A stretch of DNA of 64,000 nucleotides from Felis catus (GCF_018350175.1 NC_058368.1:140494001-140558000); one strand, 5' to 3'; shown: positions 1 to 13,240, counted from the first letter of the stretch. Program-made: numbers and translations. The notes: generated from the letters alone by a model not told the origin.

Positions 1-632
1 AAGTCTCCTTCATTCCAGACAGAACCCACAGTCCTTGCAGGAAGTGGCTCCTGTTTCTGTGTTCCCTGGTTTCAACCACATGGTTTTTGACTTGTAGACG
101 TCGCTCTTCTGTTTTCTGCCACTCGTCACGTCATGAAGTAACTTTTTGTAGGAAAGCATCATTGCCCGTTAAGTATTCTGAAAAGAAAGGGTTGAGCCCA
201 TTAGAGGTTGCATTAAGCTATTATCTTCATGAGGATTATTTCTGACTCCCCTTTCTTACTTATCACCCCCACTCCCATTCACACACGCAGTCCTCGTAAA
301 CTCCTCACATCCACACACTCCGCACGTCACCACCCACCTTCAAGATGAGTCACTTCAAAATCAGACTTTGTTAACCTGGCTGCAAGGAGATTTCTTAGCT
401 CTTCCCATATGTGTGGAGAGAGCTCCGTTGGCAATCTCCCATCCTAGTTCAAATACATGCCTCAAACTTAAGTGTGCTAGTTGGAAATAACACTTCGCCT
501 TAAGCAGTATTGTTCACTGAAACGTAAATTGCCTTGTACCCATTCTCATTCTTGCAGAAATCCTGGGAAGAAAATAGATTTTATGTTGCAAGTATTAAAG
601 AAAAATCCTTTCTCTGCATCTCTCTCTCTCTC

Positions 633-830
633 TTTTTTTTTTTTAAGTTTATTTATTTATTTAGAGACCGGGGGAGGGGGAGAGATGTAGAGGGAGAAGA
701 GAATCCCAAGCAGACTCTGTACTGGCAGCCCAGACCCTGATGTGGGGTAGGAACTCAGGAACCCTGAGATCATGACCTGACCTAAAATCAAGAGTCCAAC
801 GCTTAACCAACTAAACCACCCAGCTGCCCC
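633..830 (-). mobile_element. CAN-SINE (SINEC), older copy
   Basis: Poly-T/tttatttat tail, GA-rich tract, then gagatcatgacctga...gcttaaccaactaaaccacccagctgcccc, the reverse complement of the SINEC tRNA-like head. Confidence 0.93.
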
Positions 831-1540
831 TTATATCTCTTTTTTAAACAGATAACAAGACTGTAGATGACTGATTTAGGCAACTCTGGTCCACTATAGA
901 GGTTTTTATATCTAACAGCAATAAAAAAAAAAAAACATTCTCAGGAATTTTACCATTATGGGATTGTTAGCACTTTGGGGGAGGAGAGATAACTTTGGTC
1001 TTAATTCCTGAATTAAGAAGCTGCCATCACCCTGAAGGCCAATTTTCTTTTCAACTATTCCTTTACTCACCTGTGAGCTATGTTAAAGCATTTATCAAAT
1101 AGTCTTTTAAATGTAAAAATAAAATGCAGTAGGATTGAATGTCCTGCGTTTGGAGTGCTTTTAGAGAGCATTGGGATTTGTAAGGGGTGAGATATACATG
1201 GGGAGAATGAAAGATTCAGTAATAACTGAATAAGACCTCACAGTACCACTCACGTACAAAAATATGGCCTAAAGCATAATAGAGCCTATAAGATGAAAGC
1301 AATTTTGTTGTTATTGTTATAATAGCCAACAGGCATTCTGTATGTTTTAGGTCCTTTCAAAATCTTCCTTTTGAATACCACTTTATTCCTCTTGTGACTT
1401 TGAAACATGGCCATTTCATTTTTAAAATGGTATTGAATCTGCGTGGCAGAATACATTGAAGACGCACGAATTACATTCGGAAGGCTTCAGGACCAAGGGG
1501 CTGAACAGCCTTGAGCATTTTGCTTTAAATATGTGAGCTT

Positions 1541-1701
1541 AGGGGTTGTGGGAGGGGGAATGGGCTAAATGCGGAAAGGGCGTTAAGGAATCTACTCCCG
1601 AAATCTTTGTTGCACTATATGCTAACTAACTTGGATATAAATTTAAAAAATAAATAAGAAAAAAAGAAGAAAATTAAAAAGAGAAAAGAAAAAAAAAAAA
1701 A
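1541..1701 (+). mobile_element. Carnivore L1 3' end, 5'-truncated, with poly-A tail
   Basis: gggaatgggctaaatg...aaggaatctactcccgaaatctttgttgcactatatgctaactaacttgga followed by an A-rich tail; resembles the 11352-11692 copy. Confidence 0.85.
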
Positions 1702-2690
1702 GGTATATTCCTTAACACCCCTGAAAGGAAAGTTCAGTAAAAGGAATGTAGTAGCATTTGAGATTTTTATCTTGTATGATTTTAAGACCTTGCGTTCATC
1801 ACAATTTTAATGGCATTATCACATGTCTATCTAGTAGCAGTGAGTGTGATGTGAGTAGTATGTGCTTTTAAAATGGCCTCGCTTCCTCTGCTTCCACAAA
1901 GTTTGCTTTCTTTCTCATACATTGTCCTTGGTGAGTTTTATGTCCTATTTGAATAGACCCCAGGAGACCCATGTTGTTGCCTGCTGCTCTTTCGAATGGC
2001 CGGCAATGGATGTGTGTCTTTTACTGTTTTGCCAGATCTTGATAATTCTAGTTATATGGGGTATAATGGGAGAGGCTGGGAAAATGGATTTTTTTTCTCC
2101 TCCTTCCTTTGTGAAAAAAATTGAAACAATTTAATAGACGTTCTGTGAGTTGTGCTGGAATAGAGTTGGTAACAGCGTTACAGGCTTATAGCGCCTTTCG
2201 TCTATTTGAGAAGATGAGCGTGTGGTGTCTCACAAGGTGTCTTACCTTTATGTAAGGTAAGACATGAGACATTTTGCTCCTTGTGTCCTGACATGCCCTG
2301 GAGCCTCCGTCATTGGTAAATATGATTCCCGTTGATTGTTCCATCCTTTTCCTGCTCTCACACTGCCTCCTTCCTTCACAGTGAGCTCCTTGTGGTTCTC
2401 TGCCAAGTGTGTGTGACTTCCAACATGCTGTCCCCTCTGCTTCAAATATCTGTCCCCTTCCTTCTTGCATCAGTAGGTCTGACGTGTCCCTGAGGACATT
2501 TGAGTTGGGCCTTAGCTTCCAGAAGTTCACCCTGGTTTTCACTTCTTGGCCTCCCACAGCTCTGCACACATAGTGATTCTTCTTTGCCTCTTCTTAACCC
2601 CTGATATACTTTTCTTACCCTTCCTGCACTGGGCAGTCCTTGTTGGCTTATTCACCAGCTGTCCTGCCCCACTCCTGTGGCCACCCCTCA

Positions 2691-2691
<1 letters not shown>

Positions 2692-2728
<37 letters not shown>
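2692..2728. repeat. (CA)n microsatellite
   Basis: Uninterrupted CA run seen directly. Confidence 0.98.
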
Positions 2729-2730
<2 letters not shown>

Positions 2731-3769
2731 CAACGTCTGCAGTGAGAGACAGCCTGTTCATTACCTTAGTAATAACTTCACAAGAGCAGATTGCCAATGA
2801 ATACCGACCAACTGTGTAAATGTGTTGAGACTGTGAAAAAGGATTCAGAGAATTCTGAGATGCCTTTGGCCCCAATAGTTCTTTCGCGGGCTTGGGAAAT
2901 ACGGCATGTACTGGGGGAAAGTTGCTGAGTTGGTAAGTCGGCGGGCTGTAAAGTGGGCCAGGGCAGCAAGAACCTGTGGGGTGTGTTCAGGCTTACTCTC
3001 TCCTTAGTGTGAGCCTGGGAGTGGCTCATGCCTCCTGTCCCCAGAGGGTGGGGAGCAATCACACTGGTGGCAGAGGTCACAAACTGAGTGAAAGGGTAGC
3101 ACTGGGATATTGCCTTGGGATGAATGGGATTTCTTTAAGCTGTTGGGCAGAGGGGGGAGGAGCACAAGGAAAAGATTAGCTCTACGCAGGGACAAGGTAT
3201 TTGGGCAAAAGGTTGGAGCCCGGATTTCCTGTTCCAGAATCAGTAGTAGCAGGGAAGATGCCAAGGTACGCTAGAAGCCAGTTCTGGAGAGCCTCGTCTA
3301 CTAGGCTAAGATGTTTGGGTGTTACCTTGGCGTGCAGAGATACGTTTGAAGGATTTCGGGTTGCAAAGTGCAGGAAGCAGACAGTTTTGGTGATGAGAGG
3401 GGAGGGCGACTGTGGACAGAGAAGGAGGTTCTTAAAACAATCTAGGCAGGAACAACAAAATGAGCGCCCTCTTGATTCAGCCGAACTGAGTCCTGTGTGT
3501 CAGGCAGTCGGGATTCAAAGGTAAGGAAAGTGGGGTCCCTTTGCAAGAAAAGGATTTGAAAACAAAATCACCTCAGTTGTTACCCTGATAGCGAGAAAAT
3601 TGCCGCCTACAGGAAAATGCTTGGGTGGTAATAGGGTGGTAGTTAACAGATGTTGCAGCCCGGTTGCAGGATGCTAAGATAGCAAATAGTAGATTTGGCC
3701 TTTGTTCACGATGAAATGAATTATACCCTCTGTTCGCTAGTAGCTTCTGCCAGGAGTTCGGTCTCTTTA

Positions 3770-4405
3770 ACTGGTTTCCCTGGCTCTTTGCTTGTCCCCC
3801 CACCTACCATACTGTGTTCCCAGCACACTGCCGGGACTAGCCTTTTCACTCACAAGTCCAATCATGTGACTTCTCTTCCCCAAACTCCACAGTGGCTCCC
3901 ATCTCAGGGTATGAGCCAAGGTCCTCCCAGTGGTCCACAAGGCAACCTATCCATTAGTGCTCTGGTCTCTACTCCTTCATTGCCCACTCCACTCTGGCCA
4001 CCCTTGCCTACTTGGTGTCGCTCAGATCCCCCTTGAATGCTCTCCCTTGAGGCCTCACCCCTGCATGTCTCCACGTCAAATCTCACCTCCTTGAAGTCTG
4101 CTCAGATATCTCCCGACCATCCTATTTAAAATTGTAACTTGTCCCCACACCCCTGCCTTGCCCCTCCCCATACCTCTGACCCTACTCTGCCTGTTAATGT
4201 TTGTAACTTGAATTGATTTCAAACCCAATACATCTTTTATTACTACCACTACTCTTACTAGTATTGTTCGTCATCAGACCTCTCTACATTGCCCCACCTA
4301 TATGTATGCTGTTTAAAGGTAGGAATCTTCACCTGTTGTGTTAACTGGTGCATCACAAATGCTCAAAATAGTGCCTGGTACAAAGCAGAAGTTAGTGAAT
4401 GTTCG
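3770..4405 (+). mobile_element. L2 LINE fossil (3' region)
   Basis: Pyrimidine-rich L2-like text (catgtgacttctcttccccaaactccacagtggctcccat) ending in an L2 3'-end-like motif atagtgcctggtacaaagcag. Confidence 0.65.
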
Positions 4406-4744
4406 AGTGCATTGTGATTTTCCTGCTATTACTCATAAGGCCTAGTTAATTACACTTCCCCACCCCATATTAAATGGGTTTTGGTCACGGGAAAGAATAG
4501 TTGATCCTGCCAGGATCTAAATTCTCTGTATATTTTACCCAATTTTTTTTCTTCAAATGACCCATTTCCTCTGAGATTTTTAGAGCAAAGTTTTATGAAA
4601 TGTGTACAACAATTAGAGAACAAAATTTGAAGTCCACTTTTCACATAAAAGACAGTTACTTAGCAGAAGGGTCCAATGATATTATATCTTAGAGGATTTG
4701 TGCTCTGCAAGGCTGAAAAGGACTTTACTATAAAAACTTGGCAA

Positions 4745-4960
4745 GGGGCACCTGGGTGGCGCAGTCGGTTAAGCGTCCGACTTCAGCCAGGTCACGATCT
4801 CGCGGTCCGTGAGTTCGAGCCCTGCGTCGGGCTCTGGGCTGATGGCTCGGAGCCTGGAGCCTGTTTCCGATTCTGTGTCTCCCTCTCTCTCTGCCCCTCC
4901 CCCGTTCATGCTCTGTCTCTCTCTGTCCCAAAAATAAATAAAAACGTTGGAAAAAAAAAA
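4745..4960 (+). mobile_element. Young feline SINEC_Fc-type SINE
   Basis: Full head ggggcacctgggtggcgcagtcggttaagcgtccgacttcagccaggtcacgatctcgcgg, CT tract and A tail; 13-bp TSD aaaaacttggcaa at 4732-4744 and 4958-4970. Confidence 0.98.
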
Positions 4961-5131
4961 AACTTGGCAATACTGGAAGATAAGGTCCTCTGCTTCTGGA
5001 GCATACATTTCCTGGATGCATTTCAGTAATGCTTAACAATGAGCTCTGCATCATAACTGTCTTGAGGAATATCTGTTAACCCCAAATTAGGTGTGACCTT
5101 TACCATTCTGTTACCTCTTAATTCTGGCACT

Positions 5132-5133
<2 letters not shown>

Positions 5134-5178
<45 letters not shown>
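5134..5178. repeat. (CA)n microsatellite
   Basis: Uninterrupted AC run. Confidence 0.98.
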
Positions 5179-5180
<2 letters not shown>

Positions 5181-6473
5181 AAACAAAAGAGAAAATACGG
5201 CGGAGAAATAGGCGGAGAAAGAATAATTGCATAAAAGGACCACAGTTTGGGGTGGGTATTTTTGTACTGATTTTTGTCACCTCACCTGCTTTTCTTCTGT
5301 GCACACGCATATTAGAACACTTATACGCTCTCACCTCCCTCTGCTCCTCCATCAAAAACAAAGTTGTTGCAAGAAATTTAGGAAATGATCGTAGAGATCG
5401 TGGAGATGTGCAGGCCTTTGGATAACTTCAAATTACATAGCCTGCCATCTTACAAGTAACTTGCAAAGGTGAGTTGGGGGCTCTTTAGAGTCTCAGATGG
5501 AAAAATTCCAGGAATACTGTGTGAATGGGTTTTTCCCGCCCTCCAAATGAGAAAGTTCCTTTTTCTGAAGAGCTGTTTCTACACCTTTTTATTGCATTAC
5601 TCATTTCTCAATGGGTTTATTATGTGCAAGATGGGCAAACATTGGTTCTTGAGAGGCCAAAAAAACCCCCCAATTTATGTATAAAGGACATATGTACACA
5701 CATATGTAAACAAATATACAATATAGCTATGGTATTAAAATTTCATGGAAGGGCAATTAGGAAAAATCTAAAGAAAGTCCTAGGGGTGGAAGCCATAATT
5801 AAAATAGTAGTTGTTACACCACACCACTCTGACCCAGACTCCTAGGCACCAGCCTAGGGCCTGAGTGGCTTGTTCTGGGCGTTCATGGTTTTGTATGAGG
5901 TCTGGAGGAAGTTGTTTTGATGGTTTAGTAGTGAGCTGTGTCCAGGGGCCTAAGTCTGTAAGGAGAACAGGTGGGTCCATTTGATGTGTCGGGCTATGGG
6001 TGAACAGACAGAATTGCTCAGGTTCCCTGGAATCCTGCAGGGCTGAGTGGAGGATTTGCTGGACTCCCAGAGACTGGCAGGCAGGAGCAGCATTGGGGAA
6101 TGTGAAGGGCGTTTGGAATGTCCCACATAAGCCACCTCCCCGAGAAGCAGCACATCGCCTTTTCTTTTTGCTTCTGCCATTAACGTAGGTCCCTTTGCTT
6201 TGGTCATTTGAGCATAGCTGAATGCAGCAGCTGGCGGGACAGACCTGTGGCCGCTGAAGATCAGCAGCACTATGTCAGCCCTTGTGAGGAACAGAATGGT
6301 GGTCACACGTGGCTCGGACATAGCTGCCTGTGCCTGTGGAATTTCTGGAGACCACTCTTTTGAGGACTGTGGTCATGAGCCCCCATGAATGTAGCTTTCT
6401 GAGGGTGAAGTAGGTTTCCTTTAGCATCTCCGTAGATGAAGACTGAATTTTAAAGTTTTATTCAGTCTGTTTC

Positions 6474-6657
6474 TTTAAGTTTATGTATTTATTTTGAGAG
6501 AAAGAGTGGGGGAGGGGCAGAGAGGGAGGGAGAGAAAGAATCCCAAGTAGGCTTTACACTGTCAGTGCAGAGCTCCATCTCCTGACCCTGAGATCGTGAC
6601 TTAAGGCAAAATCTCAAGAGTCCGATGTTTGATTGACTGAGCCACCCAGATGCACCC
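6474..6657 (-). mobile_element. CAN-SINE, diverged
   Basis: tttattttgagagaaag...gaatcccaagtaggct...gactgagccacccagatgcacc. Confidence 0.9.
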
Positions 6658-7069
6658 TTTAAGTTTCTTAAAGCTTATATAATTCCTTAACATCAGGAGA
6701 GGAAAAGTTTGCCCAGACTTGCCAAGTACCTCAGACATGGCACTTACAGCTCATACAGTCTGTCTCTTGGGGTTGATTGTGAGGAGCTTGAGGGTTGAAC
6801 CTATTACCTTCATCTGTGTCTTTAACACTTAGTACAGTATATGACATTTGGGAATTTTCCGTTAAATTTTGTGATAAGACAGTGGCCTTGTATATGGAAG
6901 AGGTGACTGGTAACTGAAAATTTGAACATCACCGAGGATAAATGCTGTAATCTTCTATTTTGGTTCAAGTCAGACTACAAAGGGTCCTTACCGTAGAGTT
7001 TAGTTGTGTACCTTAATATTTATTAGGTTACTTTTAAAGAATATTTTCATTAAAAAATTCTGAGTGTCA

Positions 7070-7860
7070 ACTAGGAAAAGAGAGTTGAGGGTAAATTGCA
7101 ACATGTAAGACAAAGATTAATCTCCTTAATACATAGAGTCTCTTTTAAATAAGTAAATAAGAAAAGAACATTCAGTTAGAGCTTTTTTGCCTACATTAAT
7201 TCATAATTAATGTTTTTAAAAAGTAAGCTTATGAAACATATTCAAACTCATTAAAGGCATTATGAAAGCTTCCCATTTTGCCTATCAAATTGACAAGGAT
7301 TAAAACCTGATCACTGCTGTTAGAGTGATGAGAAACGGGTATTCATACCTTTTACATGGGAGTGTAAATAATCTATAATCTTGGGGTGCCTGAGTGGCTC
7401 AGTCAGTTAAGTGTCTGACTTTGACTCAGGTCATGATCTCACGGTTCTTGAGTTCGAGCCCTGCATTGGGGTCTGGGCTGACAGCTCGGAGCCTGGAGAC
7501 TGCTTCAGGTCCTCTGTTTCTCTCTCTCTGTCTCTTTCCCTCCCCCACTTGCATTCTGTCTCTCTCTGTCTCAAAAATAAATAAACATGAAAAAAAATTT
7601 TTAAAGTAATACATAATCTTCTGGGAGGATGGTTTGGCAACAAATATTTTTGTGACTCAGCACATTCTTTCACAAGAATGCTTATTGCCACATTTACAAA
7701 AGAGAAATTATAAGCAGCCTGCATGATGAGGAATAAGTGACTAATTAAATGAGGTAAACACAAATGATGGATATTTGGTCATTAAAAATCAAGTTTGTGA
7801 AGTCTAATATTGTGTAACTGAACTAGAATCGTAGAAAACCATATCTATAGTATATGTTGT
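7070..7860 (+). mobile_element. Old L1 (L1M/L1ME-like) fragment interrupted by a SINE
   Basis: A-rich L1 ORF2/3'-like text (aaagattaatctccttaatacatagag; cctatcaaattgacaaggattaaaa; gggagtgtaaat...ctgggaggatggtttggcaac). Confidence 0.6.
7383..7605 (+). mobile_element. CAN-SINE (SINEC)
   Basis: ggggtgcctgagtggctcagtcagttaag head, CT tract and A tail; imperfect TSD aat(ct/ac)ataatctt. Confidence 0.96.
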
Positions 7861-7885
7861 ATTCAGAAAAATGTATATATTTTCT

Positions 7886-8100
7886 TTTTTTTTTAAATGT
7901 TTTTATTTATTTTTGAGACAGAGAGAGGCAGAGCATGAGCAGGGGAGGGGCAGAGAGAGAGGGAGACACAGAATCCGAAGTAGGCTCCAGGCTCCGTGCT
8001 GTCAGCACAGAGCCCGACGTGGGGCTCGAACTCACAGACTGTGAGATCATGACCTGAGCCGAAGCCGGACGCTCAACCGTCTGAGCCACCCAGGCGCCCC
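7886..8100 (-). mobile_element. CAN-SINE (SINEC), CpG-rich
   Basis: Reverse-complement SINE ending gccacccaggcgcccc; TSD tatattttct at 7876-7885 and 8101-8110. Confidence 0.97.
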
Positions 8101-8684
8101 TATATTTTCTTAATGTTAATTATATGTATTACTGGATCAAAAATTACAGTTCTTCTTGATACTTTTCAAAATTTCCTGTTTTATAGTAGGGCAGTATCAC
8201 TTCCATAATCAGGAAAGTTATTTGATAATACAAAGCACAGTCTATGGAAGTGAGAGTGATCTTAGGTACTTAATAGGTTACCCATCACTATAATGTATTA
8301 ATGATGACTTTTCTTTAAGGGTCCTTCCCCAGTGGTTACACAAAGAAAAGTAGTTTAGTAAAAAGCCCTTAATGTTTACTTTAATCACTATTAAATATGT
8401 TACTAAAACAGAAACAAATAGAAGCTGTGTGGAATTGGAGAAGGAGCAAGGACTTCTCAGGTACATAGTCCTGGGTTGGGATCCTGGTTGTAGCTGTGGG
8501 ACCTTTGGTGTTGGACCTACAATTTCCCCATTTACGAAGTGGGTGTATTAACCATCTCTGTCCTCTTAGGACTGTCTCGGGAAGCAGTTCAAGTAGCGTG
8601 TGGGGGACACTTAGCACAGAGTGTGACTCAGTGAACAGGTGGCTCTTCTTAGGGGGAGCAGCCTCGCGGGAGGAGTATAGCATT

Positions 8685-9265
8685 ACTTAACAGCTTGAAG
8701 TGCAGACATTTATCATCTAATGGTTTCTGTGGGTCAGAAGTCTGGCCATGGCTTAACTGAATCCTCTACCAGAGGCTGCCATCAAGACGGTGAGTGGGGC
8801 AGGGCACCTGGGTGGCTCAGTCAGTTAAGCATCTGAGTCTTGATCTCAGCTCAGGACTTGATCTCACGGTGGTGAGTTCAAGCCCTGCGTTGGGACCTGC
8901 GCTGGGCATGAAACCTACTTTATAAAAAAAAAAAAGAAAGAAAGAAAGAAAAGGTGGTGAGTGAGGTGGATTCTCCTGTGGAGGCATCTACTTCCTTGTT
9001 CATTGGTTGTTAGCAGCATTCAGTTTCCTGGGGTTGGATGCAGGATTCATGGCAGCTTGCTTATTCCGAGCCAGGAAGTGGGAAGAGAAAGACAAATACA
9101 GTTGCTTGTAATAGCAAGACAGAGTCTTACCTAAGTCAGTGTAATTATGGGGACACCAGTCTGTTACCTTTGCCATATTGGTTAGAAGAAAATCACAAGT
9201 CCCACTGGCACTTAAGGTAATCACGCAAACAGGTAAATACCCTAAAGGGGGGATCATGTGGAGGG
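8685..9265 (-). mobile_element. MaLR (MLT1-type) solo LTR interrupted by a short SINE
   Basis: catttatcatctaatggtttctgtgggtcagaagtctggccatggcttaactg and ggttgttagcagcattcagtttcct, ccatattggttagaagaaaatcacaagtccc resemble antisense MLT1. Confidence 0.75.
8801..8952 (+). mobile_element. Short CAN-SINE (no CT tract)
   Basis: gggcacctgggtggctcagtcagttaagc...gggcatgaaacctactt plus A/(GAAA)n tail; degenerate TSD ggtgagtg on both sides. Confidence 0.93.
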
Positions 9266-10517
9266 TTGCTTTGCTACAAATGAAATTGACATGTGTTCCA
9301 TACACAGAAGCGAGTGCACTATTTTAGAAAGTGATTTGGTTGAGGAAAATACTGGCTTACATTTTAATAACATTGATTGGAAAGCAAGATGAAACCACCC
9401 TGTGTTTGTTTGGGTTAACTGTTAAGGGCCAATAGTGCTGTCATCTGTGATTTAGAGGTTGAGGGCACTGCTCTCTTCCTTGAAAACCCTGGTTATCTTC
9501 CAACTCAGCCTTTGGGGATCTCAAGACTTGTTACTTTGTAAGTAATGGGTAGTTGAAGTATTACTTCAAAGATGGTTTTTCTTTTCTATAATGCCGGACT
9601 TTCTTTTATTATTTCTGCACTCTTTATAAGTACTCATCTCAGCGAAAATAAACTTTGCCTTGTCTCACCCAGATTCATTGTTAAGCGTTAAACCTTCGTT
9701 TGTTCTCTAGATTGAAAAAAGGCATTTGTTTTGCTTTGAACTTGGCATTCTCAAATGAGAAGTGTGGCATTCTGTGTTCTCTGCGGGGCTCCCCCTCCTT
9801 GCACTGGCTCAGAGTTCTGATTAGTCAACTCTCCTCTGTATATGAAAATGTTGATGAATAATGCTAAGAATTGCATGGGTCTCACAAAGGCCCAAATGTG
9901 GTTGCTGTTTAAGTATACTGAAATACAGAATGTAATGTTTTTGGAGGTACATTTGTAATCCAGAAGATGAGGACGGGTGACTGATCATACCCACACCCAA
10001 GGGAAAAGAGGCCCTGATGAACATCAGAACTTCTTTCGAGCTGTGAACAGATGTGCCAGCTGCCCCATTATGATACTTCTAGGGGCTGCAGGTTGGAGTC
10101 TTGGTGACTGGACTCTGGAATATTTTATAACATGTATTTATGAGAGCCTAAGTGTATGGCTGACTGACCAAACTTGGCAAGGCACTGTTAAGTCCTGCAC
10201 CATCTTACAGTGTAGAACTCCTGCATGAGGAAACATCAAGCCTCCCAACTCTCATATCAAAGAGACTGTTAGTCCTTGCTGGACATATTCTGATTATGCA
10301 TGGCGTACGTCTTAGAATTCAGGACAGAGAGATGCTCAGCATTTTCTCTTCGGCCACTTGTTTGTCAGAACGCTGGATTAGATAACAAATCGCTACACGT
10401 TTCCATTCTTACTGCAATATATTTGTGTAGTGCTAACCTTTTCAGAATATCTTTTCTTGGTTTCGTATCTTTTCTTGGTTGAATGAATGCATCCATGTTG
10501 TGGACTTGAGACAGTTG

Positions 10518-10610
10518 GTATTATCTCCATTTTATAGGTGAGGAAACTAAGCCTCAAGGATTTGATCTTCCAGGATCATGTCACACAGAAATAGAGTCAA
10601 GGCCACCTCG
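10518..10610 (-). mobile_element. MIR fragment
   Basis: tattatctccattttataggtgaggaaactaag is the MIR core, antisense. Confidence 0.75.
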
Positions 10611-10649
10611 TCCCAAACCTCAAATACCTTTTATCAATGAACTGTGGTG

Positions 10650-10835
10650 AAGGGCGGGGGTCTGTTTGAATCCCACCTCTTCTCTGTCCCAGCTCTGTGA
10701 CCTTGGACTGTCACTAATCTTCAAAGCCTCAGTTTTCTCATGTGTGATGTGGAGAGACTGCCTTCTCATAGCGTTATTAGGGTGAAAGGACAATGAAAGC
10801 ATAGTTCCTAAACGTGGTGGGCACTCAGTTTATGG
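10650..10835 (+). mobile_element. MIR
   Basis: tttgaatcccacctct...ctgtgaccttgg...gcctcagttttctcat MIR core. Confidence 0.8.
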
Positions 10836-11351
10836 CACCCATTGATAGAATTGATTCTGCTCTTATTCTCACAATTTAGGTGTTGGTTGGGCTCCCAAGC
10901 CCATGGGATATAGGTATCTGAAATTCCAGGCCCATAACCCACAGTCAGTGAAAGAGAGAATGCTGGTGAATTCCTGAAGGTTACCCTGGATGTGGCCTGA
11001 TCTCTGGGGTCCTGGATCATACTCCCCTACAGGAGAGTTGCCACGATGTGGGGTGAGATGCTCTGAAGGCAAGAAGATGAGCAGAGGATAGTGGAAAAAG
11101 TGGAAGGTGTGGCTTTTGGGCAAACTCTCAGATTTGCTCTTCATATATTAGCGATTCATTTAAAGGAGAAAAAGGAGTAGGGAGGTATGATGGGTTTTAC
11201 TTAGTGTGGCATCCAAAAAATTCTGAATTCTGACCTCCTGCCAGGGATTTGGATTCTAATTTGTCACTCGTACGGATAGCACTGTCATTACTGTGTTAAC
11301 ACAAGAAGCCATCTCTTCTTACCCACTGTCAAAATCCGTCTCGGGTACTAA

Positions 11352-11692
11352 GGTCGGTCAGAGAAAGACAAATATCCTATGATTTCACTCGTGTAGAATT
11401 TAAAATACAAAACAGTTGAACATAAGGGAAGCAAAAATAATGTAAAAACAGGGAGGGTGACAAAACATAAGAGACTCTTAGATACAGAGAACAAACTGAG
11501 GGTTGTGGGCGGGGTGTTGGGTGGGGGGATGGGCTAAACGGGCAATGGGCATTAAGAAGGGCCCTTGTTGCTATGAGCACTGGGTGTTATATGTAAGTGA
11601 TGAATCACTAAATTCTATTCCTGAAATTACTATCACACTATATGTTAACTAACCAGGATTTAAATTTAAAAGCATAAATATAAAAAAGAAAA
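11352..11692 (+). mobile_element. Carnivore L1 3' end (5'-truncated)
   Basis: tcagagaaagacaaatatcctatgatttcactc...acagagaacaaactgagggttg...gagcactgggtgttatatgtaagtgatgaatcactaaattcta, then A-rich tail. Confidence 0.93.
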
Positions 11693-12397
11693 CCCACCAT
11701 CTCAGGGACTAGGAGCAAATATCCTGCTCTAATGAAGTCTGTGTCTTTTATGTGTATGCCAAGGAAGGTTGCTTCTGGAACTCCAGCATCTGGGCCCTCA
11801 GTCCTGCCCCTCTGTCTGTGAATCAGAGAGAAGCTCTACTCCTGGACTTCTGAGCAGATGTCTTTTTTAACCGCTTTAAAAGCGTTGTTGCCCTGTATCT
11901 GGATCTTCTTTTACTCATTCAAAAATAAAACAGCTCCTTTAAGAGGAGAGATTCCTCTGCTTTCCTGCATGAGTTCTGAGATGTGGTGCAGAAAATGAAC
12001 TTCTCTGAGCTCTTTTAAATTTTGCGTCCCATAGCAAGTTATCTCTGCAGGTTTTAAAGCATGGCACCATATACATACACATGTGCCCACCAGCATTGAA
12101 TGAAAGGCTACAATTCCAAGGTAAGACAGCTTGAAAGTATTCAAAAAACTAATCCGCTTTCTAACCTAACATAAACTCTGGGACAAGTTGCTTAAACTTT
12201 CCAAGTTACACGTAAAATAGGAATAAGAAGAGCTGCTACACAAATTTGTTCTGGAGAGCATGCGCTCTCAGTAAAACATCAAATGTTAATTTACTTTATT
12301 TAAAAGAAAAATCCTGGAAGCCCTTGTTGCAGTGCAGCATTGTCATAACAAACTCTTTTTTTTTTTAATATAGAAAGCTTAGAAAATACAGAAATGA

Positions 12398-12578
12398 GGG
12401 GCGCCTGGGTGGCTCAGTCAGTTGAGTGCCTGACTTCGGCTCAGGTCATGATCTCACAGTTTGTGAGTTGAAGCCCCATGTTGGGCTCTCTGCTGACAGC
12501 TCAGGGCCTGGAGCCTGCTTTAGATTCTGTCTCCTTCTCTCTCTGCCCCTGCCCACTTGATCTCTGTCTCTGTCTCTC

Positions 12579-12610
<32 letters not shown>

Positions 12611-12637
12611 AAATAAATAAAAAAAAAAAAGAAAAAA
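12398..12637 (+). mobile_element. CAN-SINE (SINEC)
   Basis: ggggcgcctgggtggctcag head, long A tail, TSD-like acagaaatg on both sides. Confidence 0.97.
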
Positions 12638-13039
12638 CAGAAATGCATAAATGTTCATTTCAAACTTTACCCTACAGAAAAATAATAAGACATCGTGATG
12701 TCTTTATTCCCTGGGTTTTTTTTAACTTGAGATACTTTTGTGTGTGAAACATGTCATGCCAATAGAAGTCCATAGAACATACATGCACAGCTTAAGGCTC
12801 ACTAAATATGTGGGTACCTATCACTCAGTTGAACATCCAGAACATTGCCAGTTCCTATGAACCTGTGTGCCTGACTTCATTTATTTCGTTTTTAAAGATC
12901 AAGTTGGATTTATATATTTCATATTGTGCTCTTTTTCTTTATCATCTACGTTTATCTGTAATGTGATCATTTTAGGTTGTTTTTTTTTTTTTGTCTTTGG
13001 AGCATAAAGTAAGCTCATGGACTATCCTTATCTTAATGA

Positions 13040-13240
13040 TAATTATTGCTGGTAATCTAATATGTGCCAGGCATTCTGTCTAAATGTTTAATTTTACACT
13101 ACCCTATGAGCTGCAGTAGTTCCTCATTTAACTAATGGGAGAACAGACTTTCAGAATATTTAAGTAAATTGCCACATGATCTAACAAGCAACAGATCTGA
13201 GAATGGAGCCCAAGTTCCTTGTCACTTCTATTCCCACCAG
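13040..13240 (-). mobile_element. MIR
   Basis: tatgtgccaggcattctgtctaaatg...cctcattttaactaatgggagaacagac...aagtaaattgccacatgatc. Confidence 0.75.

Noticed and set aside
4676..5054. ORFs of 79-117 aa with recurring peptides such as GAPGWRSRLSVRLQPGHDLAVREFEP (also at 38985, 56534, 60382)
   Set aside because: They are translations of SINEC copies; the recurrence reflects the repeat, not a gene family
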